NCBI GenBank assembly: GCA_964035545.1
Contig: CAXIUT010000103.1
Span: forward strand, 558,001-622,000
Source: Bugula neritina
Lineage: Eukaryota > Animalia > Bryozoa
DNA length: 64,000 nucleotides
Direction of reading: 5' to 3'
Below the pieces are notes generated by a model. The model made no database searches. It was not told the DNA's origin and was given only the letters and a program-made list of their open reading frames with translations. The first letter of the stretch is position 1. Each line of letters opens with the position of its first letter. Made by a program: the position numbers and the translations under genes. Positions 43,146 through 54,039 of this stretch are shown in pieces.

Positions 43146-43152
43146 TGCAGTT
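43146..43152 (+). repeat. Left target-site duplication copy, (T)GCAGTT
   Basis: ggcctTGCAGTT|gcagtatatc. Uninterrupted monomers contain ccttgcagttattatgg only once. Confidence 0.9.
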
Positions 43153-43191
43153 GCAGTATATCTATTATCCTATACCACTATAGAAGTCGTA
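43153..43191 (+). repeat. Left terminus: degenerate TIR with subterminal palindrome TACCACT-N5-AGTCGTA
   Basis: Left cagtatatctattatcctataccactatagaagtcg aligns without gaps to the reverse complement of the right end, cagtgattcacacggcttttacgactgtcagggtcg (19/36). Confidence 0.7.
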
Positions 43192-43284
43192 GAGAACTTC
43201 GGGTCAATCAGTGGTAATGGGATTTGTATTACATTATATAGATTTCGTCAACGATCCTAGCCTAATGAGGCGCAATTGAAATAA

Positions 43285-43335
43285 GTAATTGATTGGCTGG
43301 AGGTACAACCAGTTCAACTTCATTGGTTAGGCAAC
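43285..43335 (+). promoter_or_regulatory. Paired reverse CCAAT boxes near the left end of the element (putative promoter)
   Basis: tgattggctgg (43290-43300) and cattggttag (43321-43330), about 30 bp apart. Motif evidence only. Confidence 0.35.
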
Positions 43336-44896
43336 GATCGTAACAACTAAAACAAGTGGTGGATACAGTTAGGGTTGACATTAAAACACGGCAATTTCTA
43401 GCAGTAATTTGCATTCTAAATCAATTTTTTCATGCAAAAGGTTTAAGAAGCTAGGAGTTATGAGAAAGAATAATATAATGTAATAATTTTGATTGAAAAG
43501 CTTTAACAAATGCAGGTCTGAATTTTTATTTAAATCCGCTCCTTTGAGACTTTGTTCTAAACAAAGGATATTAATTACTGTAGCTATTAGATAAGAATTT
43601 AGTCTTGTAAGTATTTTGAAAGCATAATTGTCTTCTCACTCAATTTCAGCTCATATTATAAATTTATCAATCTTCATTATAAAGACATAATTGTCTTCTC
43701 ATTAAATAATAGTCTATTACAACTTTATTGCTACCATAATATAATATCATTTTGTAAAATGTTTTTATTTTCATAGCATTTTTTGCTTAGTATTATAAAA
43801 TTTTATGCTGCATTGTATATAGCCTACATATGCATATAATGAGCTGCATGTAGTAGACGAAAAGAAATATCGCAATTATATAAAAGATGTAGAAATTATT
43901 TGTAGAATATAAACAAATGCAAAATAATTTAACAAACATATAACTTTACGAACCTCAGCATTTAAATTTAGTTTGCGGCAAGAATAATTTTTTGCTTGTA
44001 AAAAATTAAGTAAAAGATACCAACAATTTTGTTTCTTGTTTTTAATGTTATATTTGTTAACATTTTAGATGTGCCTGTATTACACTATATTGAGTTCTGA
44101 TTATTTTGGTTTAACATTGTAAATAACATATTGTGCAGTATATACAAAATGAGCACATATATAAAACATATACTCATAGTGAAAGTATAAGTTCTAGTTT
44201 TTTTTGCAAATTCATGCATACTATTTGAAATATATGCATACAACTTGGTGTTTCTGATTTGTACATGAACAATTTTATTGCTAAATGCTAAGTAATTATT
44301 TAAATTTTTCTACAACAAATTCGTCGACATGTTTTATATATACCATCTTTTAGCAAACACTTGCAACATTCCCATGCAATTACATATAACTGTAGCTATA
44401 GTAAGCTGTTCATAAAATAGCAACTATTATGAGTGCTGCATTTTTACACACACACTCACACATGCACACACACATGAAGAAAAGCAAGCATATAGTTTAC
44501 TGTCATGAGTTACTTGCAAAAATAAGTTGAAATATATGTTGAAGACTTCATACATTAATACAAATGGTATACTCTCAGACATGAGAGGAGCGACATAGTG
44601 CACATGCTCTTAGGAGTTGCATTATCACCTTCTTTCTTGGTGTCATCAAAAATATGGCATTGAAAGAAGACAATCACTGCTTTGGGGTTTACATATTTGT
44701 ATTCCTTTTAAAACGTAGTTAAAAATATATATACATATTTTCTAACTTGAAAAAATGCTCTATGTAGCTGCTTATATTTTAAAAAAAATTTTAGGTAGCA
44801 AAAGTAAGGAATTTTTGACATATTTACTGCAGGGGTGTGATAAACAAATGGACATAACATGCTTGTTTTAAAGCTAAAATATGATGTAACAGAATT

Positions 44897-44899
<3 letters not shown>

Positions 44900-44964
<65 letters not shown>
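44900..44964. repeat. (TA)n microsatellite, about 32 units
   Basis: Uninterrupted tatatata run. Confidence 0.98.
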
Positions 44965-44967
<3 letters not shown>

Positions 44968-45400
44968 ATATACATAATGAATGTCATTTCACTATATAAC
45001 AAGAAGAAATAGGCTGCTATTTTTACACTTCTGTGCAGTAATTTAAAAGCTTTGATAGCTTAACCTTCTTCATCTGGATAACAAATTTTAGCGTGGGGTG
45101 CGGGTTAATAAAAATGTAATCACAAGAACATGTACATAACTTAATTTCTCCATTATTGCACCAACTATCAATATTTACTTAATAACTAAACCCTATATTT
45201 AGCCCAGTGTTCAGTATCTAACTAATATGTATGTACTATATACACTGTCCACCTGTTGAGTGTTATTTAAAAAGTGAAAGAAATTCTACAACTATAGTCA
45301 TATTTGACCCATCACTATTATTACACATATCAATGTGTAAAATTAGTAAAAATAATTTAGTGGAAGTATTTGACAAGAATGCAAGATTGCAAAAAATTTA

Positions 45401-45472
45401 GCTAACTGCGAGGATTGAACCCATACCCAATGAGTGCAAAGGAAACGCGGTTTACCACGAAGCCAATGCATC
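45401..45472 (-). mobile_element. tRNA-derived SINE-like head with Pol III A and B boxes
   Basis: Minus strand TGGCTTCGTGG (A box, 45455-45465) and GGGTTCAATCC (B box, 45412-45422) at tRNA-like spacing. The acceptor and anticodon stems do not pair, so it is not a functional tRNA. Confidence 0.55.
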
Positions 45473-47471
45473 ACCTTAGGAAGAATGCCAATACATAAGG
45501 GATTATACTATAATGATATAAACAACAGCTAGAAAAATGAGTGGGTTATATTCCATCAGGGTGTTTACTAGCAGTGGATTGCCATCTTGTTTTAAAATTG
45601 GCCTATGACTCTGTTGCTACTTGCAAAGGTATCTTGATTAAATAAACCAACGGTTAAAAATAAACTGTAGTTTGTATATTATTACTAAGGCACAGCCAGC
45701 GGTCAGAGCTATGGTATATAAATATACACTGATGTACTAGGACCTAGGTAATAGATTGACAAGTCAAATTATCTTTTATAGGTAAACACACTTTGGTTTG
45801 AGAAAACATGCATGCAGCCTTAATTTTAGGTTTACGTCCGCAAATCATGAAAAGATCTAAACTAATATTAGAGGTAAATTTTAAAAATTAAATTAATTTT
45901 ACTTATTTTTACAATAACAAATTTTTTGGAGAAAATAAGTTGCTTCCTTTTTGTTGCAATGATATTCAACTTGCTTGAGCTATGGCCATCAGTGATGAAA
46001 TTTGAAACCCTGATTGTTTTGAGATAACTTTGTGACTTGTTATACATTTTTGCATATCTTTACCAACATATTACTTGATTCATGATAGTTTTCACATTGC
46101 AATTTATGGCATCAGTTGAGACTTGCACTCTGACAAAATATTAACAAAGCCAAACATATGGCCACACTACAGTGAAAGCTGGTTGGTTATATTAATTGTG
46201 GCTGCACTAGTCATGGTCCTAGCAGTTGGCCTACCATGGTATTGCCAGGTGCGAGCAAGCTTACAAGCATTTATATAGCTATAGCTAAACTGATAAGCTT
46301 ACAAAACATGTTGGCTAACATTATGCAGTTCACAATAGGCATATGGAAAACAAAGATGGTCAAAGGGTAATGATATTGTGGTTGACATAATATGTTAACT
46401 ATAAATAGTTCACGAATGCAGTTCCATTAGGCCTACTGGATTACCACTTATTTGCACTAACAGAATGTGTTACAAACGGGCCAGCAGGCAACTAAACCGT
46501 GTAATGCACAACTATTGACGTTATGCTATGTCATTATGCTCTGAAGTACGTTCTGTCATGGCTGAAAGTCACACTACTCTACACTTGCAGTAGCAATTCG
46601 TTTACTACTTCCATCACCAACACTTGCATTTTTATAGGGGCCAAATTCCTGTACCAAATGGTGTGCTATTCTTTCAAAACAGAGTACTATAAATATTATT
46701 TTGCTCATAGATTTTAGCAGACAAAGAATTTATACTAAAGACTACCCTATAGAAATTCTATTTAAGAAAAAACTTCAATCCTAAAATACTACCTATTGAC
46801 TTATACAGCTGAACAGAAAAAGAAGTAACCGCAGTTCGAGTATTTAGCATATCTGAGCCACAATTCAAAAATAAATAGAAGCATAGCACATGTGCATAGT
46901 TAATATCATATTATAATAGTTCATATAGTTTGTTTGCCTTTGACAGCATATTGAATATAATTTCTCTACTTGGCTGTAGGTAAGCCCTGCAGTTTTTGTT
47001 TTTATCTTAATTTACAATGAAAGAATAACTTGAAAAATGCAACCAAAAACTTATTATTGAAAAAAGGCTTTTAACTACTCTGCTAACTATGGCTTTTAAT
47101 TGTCAATAAATGACCCTTTTAATCTAACTATTGCATGGTGCTGAGACGACTGATAATTATGTGTAAAAATGTGTGCAGGTGGGATTAATTAGCTGAGAAA
47201 CTTTATTAACCTAAGCTCTTAAACTACAAGAGCGTTGATTAGGGGTGCATGGTAAAACGAAAGTTATTTCACTGCTTTTCCTCTATAAAACTGAAGCCTT
47301 TCCAAATATATTTTTATTGCACCAGCTGGTACAATCTAAAAATAAAACCAAGCTGAACAATCAAATTAAAAGAATAGGCGTTTTATATCTTAACTTGTTG
47401 AAATGGTGCAGTAAAATTTGTTTGTTGCCTTTTAGGTAAATATTCACCAGGGCTGACATTGACTTCTTTAT

Positions 47472-47632
47472 CACTGCGTTTCCATGACTTCGCATAATGC
47501 GAATGAATTCTGTACGGATTATTTGCGGTTTGTGGTTTGCATTAACTTATAGTTGCGTTTCATCGGATGTAACTGTTCCCATTAGCCGAATGAAAAAATC
47601 CATTCGCATAATGCGATAATGGAAACGCAGTG
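47472..47632. mobile_element. Small MITE (161 bp) with TIRs of about 32 bp
   Basis: cactgcgtttccatgacttcgcataatgcgaatg ... cattcgcataatgcgataatggaaacgcagtg. Confidence 0.8.
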
Positions 47633-47769
47633 TACTTCGCTTCTATGACTGAGCATTTTGTGAATTTGTAGTTGCAGTAACTCATCAGTTGTGGTGTCCT
47701 TCGTTATGTAATTAGTTCCATGAGGTGATGAGAAATCCATTTCGGAATGAGAATGATGAATTGCAGTGC
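47633..47769. mobile_element. Older diverged tandem copy of the same small MITE
   Basis: Start acttcgcttctatgactgagcattttgtgaat resembles actgcgtttccatgacttcgcataatgcgaat. End gaaatccatttcggaatgagaatgatgaattgcagtg resembles aaaatccattcgcataatgcgataatggaaacgcagtg. Confidence 0.55.
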
Positions 47770-48360
47770 ATGTAGGCTGCAGCTTCCAATTTTCTTAAAT
47801 CAACCATTAGGCTATGTGTACAAAAAAAGGCAAAATACTTTGCTGTGGCCAACAGTCTGAAAAATACCAGCTAGCACTGAATAAAGCACAATAAGTATAG
47901 CTTATTTGCAATGCAATGTTGAGTTTTAGAAAGGTCTCAAGTTAGTGTTATTTCCTCACCACTCATGTGGAAAATTTACCAATACTCCCTATTGCTAAGA
48001 CTTTGTGCTATGCATCTAATTACTAAGGTGTGAGTTTTTAGAACCAATACTAGAATGTAACTCCTTGCGATTATGTGGGAGAGAGATGACATATTTGTTG
48101 TCAGTCAATATATATTGTAGGCTTGCCTATTACAGAGCTCAAGCCTAGCTCTTTACAATAAAAAGTACAAAGGTATGAAAGAACAATAGTATGACAACAG
48201 AACCATGCGGTATCGTAACAATCAGGATGCAAATCATCTTGATTATATAGCTAGATGCTTTTCTTCTCTAACGTAGATGTTCTTGTCAATAGTGAAGCTG
48301 CACTTAAACTCAAATGGCCACTTTCTTTTAGACCTGTAAAAGCAAAATATATTTCAACAG

Positions 48361-49511
48361 TCAAACTAAATAAGTTGAGGCGATGGTTTCATTGAAGTGA
48401 CACATAGCAACAGAGTATGCAAAACAGGGGTAGAAAAAGAAATAGGGTAAGGCTCCATCAAGAAGACGCCAACAAAATTGAAAATGCTGATATAAAATGT
48501 GCATTTGACTGACAATGTCTTTTGGCAATAAATTATGACTGCAGACAGCCCCTAGTTCTTAGTACCTAGAGGATCAATTAGGTTTCATGGAGATGAGTTG
48601 TGCTACATAAGCAATGAGGGTAACTAGTCAATATTCTGAATGCCCATTGCTCCGAAGGTCCATTAGTCCGAAAATTAGTACACACAGGCATCCTCAATGA
48701 GAATATCATTAATTTCACTCACAATTCAGTTTAAGTTCTAGCTATGTTATTGCTCTGTGGGTGGCATGTGTGTTGCCTACTTGCTACATCATCTATCAAC
48801 ATGATTATGCGTACGGTACATTATTAATTACAGGCTTGCGAGGTGACAGGCTAATGAATAGCTTGGTGTGTACTTTGTTTATGGAGCAGCCATAATGGAA
48901 TGTTGATAAACGATACAGCCCTTATTGATCATAGTGTAATCTCAGGCTAAACAATCACAAATAGGCAACACGCATGCCACCCACAGATCAATAATATAGC
49001 AAGAACTTAAACTGAATTGTGAGTGATATTAATGATATTCTCAGTGAGGATGCCTGTGTGTACTAATTTTCGGACTAATGGACCTTCGGAGCAATGGGCC
49101 TTCGGAATATTGCTTCGTTCCCAGAAATGAAGGGATCTGAGACAGGGCGGCAGTAAATGCAGTAACTATATTTGTGGGAAAGAGAAGGCTGGAATAATAT
49201 GGGCACCTATGCAGCAGAGAACAATAAAACAAGAAGGGAATCAGCTACATCAGTGTGAAACTCCAGAGAAAGGGAGCAAGACCAAAACATTTAAACATGG
49301 GGGTTAAAAATCAAAAGAGATCATAGATTAGTGCAGAACACTGCGACCTAAAAGAATACAGTGAAGAATAGGAGGATGGCAAAATTAAGTAAAACAATGA
49401 GTATGAGAGTGACACCACTTGTGAAGCCGAAGTTCTATTTCTTTTAATTAATTGGTGAAAAAATATAATAGCAACTTTTATGACAGTCTTGTAGATTGGC
49501 TGTGTGATGAG
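48361..49511 (+). pseudogene. Possible relic of a second, convergent element gene (PHD-like RWFH and Ulp1/C48 protease-like WLCDE motifs), interrupted by a MITE
   Basis: Acceptor tttcaacag, then KLNKLRRWFH*S. A purine-rich, coding-like tract follows and ends in KYNSNFYDSLVDWLCDE|gtgact, resembling the Ulp1 WLxDEVI motif. No catalytic His/Cys motifs were found. Confidence 0.35.
48618..49122. mobile_element. MITE / foldback element with arms of about 165 bp and a spacer of about 175 bp
   Basis: 48618-48783 is the near-perfect reverse complement of 48958-49122 (e.g. tccgaaggtccattagtccgaaaattagtacacacaggcatcctca vs tgaggatgcctgtgtgtactaattttcggactaatggaccttcgga). It has GGG...CCC ends and 15-bp subterminal repeats. 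No clear TSD. Confidence 0.85.
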
Positions 49512-49615
49512 GTGACTTGAATACAGCAGCCATGAGTAAAACCTGGCTGCAAATTAAAGCAGAAGGTGAACATTTTATGTATAATATAAGAGATATATTC
49601 AAAAATTGAAATTAC

Positions 49616-49701
49616 CATAAAAACTGTAGTCCTTGTCTGATAGTCAAAATAAATTGGCTGCCATCCATAATTTCATCATTCATAATTTCATCTTGATTAC
49701 A
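49616..49701 (-). pseudogene. Probable downstream exon of the transposase pseudogene
   Basis: Acceptor ttttgttttgcag, donor gtaatt, open frame CNQDEIMNDEIMDGSQFILTIRQGLQFL. Confidence 0.35.
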
Positions 49702-50478
49702 CTGCAAAACAAAATGAAGTATTTTGTTGATCACATGTATGAGTTTGAAATGAACTATGGTAACAAATATTAACATAATATTTCCTTGCATTTAGTGCAT
49801 TTTTTAGTTAAGTAACTAGTCTGAATACTTCACATTGCAGTTTAATTTTCTAAACCAAACATACATTGATGAGCCTGAACTGAACAAGTGTTAGGTCAGC
49901 TTGACTAAAATATAACCATAAATACCATCAATATAAATTAGGGGTTTGTTGATTAAAATATAGTAAAGTAACAGAGTAAAATTAAAACAACCCTGAACAA
50001 TAGCGTAGTAAAAGTGTACATTCAGGACTCCACACTTGAGGAGTATAGGAGAATGACAAAAATCAAGTTCAACCATATGAAAAACTAGGAAACATACTGA
50101 CATCATGTCCAAATATTCTTCCAACTGTCAAACATTTTAAACACTTAAGAAGAAAAATACCTCAAAATTGTGTGCATTATTTTTAGGTCTTCAAAGTTAA
50201 TGCTTGTTCATGAAGATAAAGAAAAAAACTGAGAAACTGATTATTCATGTAAAAGTAAATGTAATAATTTGACTATGTTCTGTAGTAAAAAAATTATGAT
50301 GACTTCTTTTTCTAATATGTGTAAAGAGATAATATACTAGGTAAGCAATGCAGGGCTTTTTAATCATTTAAATTTGTGCTCAAAGTATATTATATTACCA
50401 CTAAGCCTTAAGATATGCAATTTATTTTTAGATCATCTGTTATCATAATAGACTTTTAATTTTGTACAAATGATTTAC

Positions 50479-50569
50479 CTGGACAAGCAAAACAAAGTCT
50501 TTCCATTACATCTTCTATGTCAGCATTTTTCAGCTTCACCACAACAGCCATCGAGTAGTTCATTTTAAA
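50479..50569 (-). pseudogene. Probable downstream exon of the transposase pseudogene
   Basis: Acceptor ctttttag, donor gtaaat, open frame FKMNYSMAVVVKLKNADIEDVMERLCFACP. No diagnostic motif. Confidence 0.4.
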
Positions 50570-51292
50570 CTAAAAAGAAATAATTAATTTAGGAAATACA
50601 ATGATTGCCTATGTAAAAAGTGACAATGTATGCACGTATGGCATCTGAAGCCACATTTAACTAACTATTCAACTTGCTAATATCATTTTTAAATACGTTT
50701 TTGAAAATGGAATTAAGACAGTTATGAAAAAAAATTGATAACAATAAGAATATATGTTGAATTAGGTAATCATAGGTAGCAACTATAATAATCATAGTGA
50801 AAGAAATAATTTCGAAGGGTGATGAAGTAATTCAACAGAATAAAAACTATGATGTGACTTTTAATTGTCACAATAAGAACTTTGGACAAAAAAAAACTTT
50901 GCAGGCTTTGAGTTATATATAAATAAAACCCTTTGGAATTTTTTGAAAAATAGTCTTACGAGACATAATAATACATAGTTAAGTTTTAGATTTTTACAAC
51001 ACACTATGACTCATAATTAGTTAATAAAATATTCTTTTGTAACTGCATAGTGCATATAACATCTATTTGAATCAATTTGATGGAGTTTGTGAAATTTCTT
51101 GTTTGAAAATTACAAAAACTGGCGGCATGTTCGAGTTGTTGAAAATAGCAAAAAACAAGTAGTAAACAAAGTTAAATAACATTTGCAAAACCTTATACAA
51201 TGTGCTGTTAAATGCTTGGACAGATACTATCTTGAATAAGATTAATGCAAGCTTAAAAAAACTTTAAAGTTGAAAGGCATATATTTTGTTAC

Positions 51293-51518
51293 CATCATAA
51301 TTCATATGCTGTGTAATCAAGCCACATCTTGAGATATAAATATTTTTCTGCTCCGTGGTCTCTTCAGTACTTAGACCTATGCCTTGCCACACTCTACCAC
51401 TGCACTTAGCCTTCAATCATAAATCACGATGACATGCAGTGTAAATGTTGCAGCTGTGGCCTGGTGAATAAGGATATTTTCCAACCACAATTTTTAACAA
51501 AACAAAACAAGTTCTCAC
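51293..51518 (-). pseudogene. KDZ transposase pseudo-exon containing the GxGLxxGExxE motif region
   Basis: ttttttag|...VVGKYPY / RPQLQHLHCM / AKCSGRVWQGIGLSTEETTEQKNIYISRCGLITQHMNYD|gtaac. Matches the family pattern SGR..GxGLxxGExxEQxNxxLSR...TxxM. The HAxxH motif is absent and GE has become EE. Confidence 0.85.
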
Positions 51519-52032
51519 CTAAAAAACTAGAAATCAAATATAAAGAAAAATAATTGATTTTTAGTTTGATTATATGGTTTAAACCTGCATTTGCATAGGG
51601 GTAGTTGAAGTCTAAACATTCACCAGATTCGCATACATTATTTTCAATATTTCATGTTACCTAAAACTAAAATATATCTAATACTAAAACATCTATTAAA
51701 GTGTAGTAACTGACATGTTCAAATGTGTGCCTTAGCGAACATCACACTCAAAAAGTAATCGTGAGAGGAAACAAGCTTTGCTTGCATTTTAGAAGTCAAG
51801 AGAAGTACCGTCACCTTACATTGGTAGCAACAGATTGTGTACCAAGAAATTGTTTCTAAAACTCCACAAAAATATAATTAAAACGTTGAAGATTCTACAG
51901 GCAAAAAGTTCTGAATAGATTTTTATAAGCAGAGGACAAATTAAATTTTGCAAATAATTTCAAGCACAAATAGTCACTAAACAAACTTTATATGCATATA
52001 AATAAAAGCCAGCAATACATTAATTAACTTAC

Positions 52033-52158
52033 TTGCATTATATAAGGATAAGCACAGATCTCCCTCTCTCCATATCCAATGCCTTACATATAAGTGCCTG
52101 AAACCGTCTTTGCAGCTTTCCATTCAATTCCTCCACAGTGGTCACCAACTGAAATATT
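52033..52158 (-). pseudogene. KDZ transposase pseudo-exon (CG..WxAA and M..GE..AYP motifs)
   Basis: ttttcag|NISVGDHCGGIEWKAAKTVSGTYM*, then KALDMERG / EICAYPYIMQ|gtaagt. The intervening DxxG..CRHG segment expected in the family is missing and there is a 1-nt frameshift. Confidence 0.8.
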
Positions 52159-52639
52159 CTGAAAAATTAAATAATAATTTAACGTACCCATACAATTCTT
52201 ACTTGTTTGCTCATATTGAAAACAAAAAAAATGAAAAAATAAAACAAGACATGTGACCATCGAACAATAGTTGGTAAATAGTATTGTACTGTAAATCATA
52301 CGCAATCATTATCAAGAGTCTATAAAAATCATTCCAAACAGATAACTTTTAAGTTGTAGTCAGCAGCTCATATGAACAGAGTTGTCATTGTGAACATTTC
52401 AATAATGAAAAGGATATTTATATTCCCATTGAACTTAAATACCCATATTATAAGTACATCTAATAACGCAGCAAACTCCCTTTTAAAATCACATTAATAT
52501 AGCATCAGCAAAAGAACACTAAATGGCAAAAGCAGTTTGAAAACCAATTTCAGATTGAAAATTTAATTGATCAAATATTGCTTTTTTATTTAGATTAAGA
52601 CTCATTGCGGTAAACAAGCAAGAAAACTTTGTGATATGG

Positions 52640-52900
52640 ATAAGAAAGGTTTTAAAACAAAAGCCATGATTTTCAAAAAGTCTGCACCACACTTAAAATC
52701 AACACCATCCTAGATGCTACACCAGAGCAACGAATAATTAAAACAGTATACCTTGGAGAGTTAATAACTGATATTGCATGGTTAAAATGAACAAGAAATA
52801 AAGAGAAGAAATGAACTGGCAAAAAATGCTTTCCAGGATATTTCTTAAGTATATTGACATTAGAAAAATCAAAATACAAACACGAGAGAAATTACTATGC
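52640..52900 (+). mobile_element. Degenerate RTE-like LINE reverse-transcriptase fragment, inside a transposase intron
   Basis: KTKAMIFKK ... YLGELITD ... EQEIKRRNELAKNAFQDIS* / RKIKIQTREKLLC matches the KTKxM..YLG..EIKRRIxxAKxAF..LxxRKIxxxTR pattern, with frameshifts. Confidence 0.8.
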
Positions 52901-54039
52901 AAAAAATTCTTCCCCATATAACAAGCAGATATTATTAGTTATTTATCAGTAATGCATCTACTAGGCATAGACTCACAAGGTTTCATAGTTGATTGTAAGA
53001 ACAAGGTCGGCAAAGGTTTTTGGATGTTGCAATAAAGATAAAACTCAAACCTTAGTGTGTTAGGATAAATGAGCAAAGACTCTACCTATGCTACCAGAAG
53101 CAGCAACTGGTCCCAAAAAGTGGAGTAAAACTTTACACTTTTAATGATGATGTTTTATGATCATTATTATTAAAAAAATGTATATCATACTGATAAAACT
53201 ATAGCGGTAAATGTGAAACATATAATTCATATCAATATTCACACCGTATAAGAGTATTTACTTAAAATGGCTTATTCATTTGGAATTGTAACAATACTCA
53301 CAAGTAACAGAACACGTACCAATAAAATAACAATCACTGTAAAAAATGAGTATTTAACACCATAAAAACCTAAAGCATTGATACTTGTGGTACATCTAGT
53401 ACTAAAGCACTTACAGACTTACAGTGGTAGTCTGTTATCACTAAATCTAATGATTTTCACAGTTCTCAATCAAGGTATTAGACACCATAACTACTAGTGG
53501 GCCTACTACTACTACTAGTACTAGTAACTAGAGTACTACTACTACTAGTACTACTACTGTACTAGTAGTAATAATAATTTATATCAAAAATGAGCACATT
53601 GTGATTGTTTTACTAATAATATTCTCAACCTAATAGCAATAGTACCAACCTGATCCGTAATGGGTTTTCCTGAAGAATGGAACTAGATTGTAATTACCGA
53701 CATGTGTATACATACTAAATTAGTCTCTAATAATATATTATTATGAAATTTATGATTATCGCCCCATTTGCGGAGTAGTCAGGCCGAGTTTATTATGAAC
53801 ACAAGAGTCGAGTAAATTTGCGCAGATAAATTACTGGCCACCATGATAGACCAGACCTGTTTTGACCGAATATCGGTTCTACTTGAACACTAGAATCGCC
53901 CCCAAGGTCCAATGCCTAATTGAGTCCGCGGCTCCTTTGGTCAAATGACCCAAAGATTCAATTTCAATTTTGAATACCATAGGCGTGCTCAAACTTATAG
54001 TTATAGGCTAGGGCATATGCATGGTTATTATTGGAAAAT

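Larger units (their letters stand above)
1..43152. repeat. Tandem macrosatellite array, monomer 1340-1345 bp, about 32 copies (left arm, continues beyond window start)
   Basis: The same sequence recurs head-to-tail. The marker ORF MHIITY starts at 1258, 2602, 3946, 5287 ... 41526, 42866, giving periods of 1340-1345 bp. Monomers differ only by scattered SNVs, a 3-bp indel (aaaacaattagttg vs aaaacaagttg) and poly-C length. Confidence 0.99.

Noticed and set aside
68-43217. Repeated 60-110 aa ORFs in each monomer (MLGVIF..., MHIITY..., MHKKIY...)
   Set aside because: They are short, overlap in different frames or lie on opposite strands, have no recognisable domain, and are freely broken by poly-C frameshifts and stops among near-identical copies. 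Their recurrence simply reflects the tandem repeat.
45401-45472. Functional tRNA gene
   Set aside because: A and B boxes are present but the cloverleaf stems do not pair, so it is treated as a SINE-like relic.
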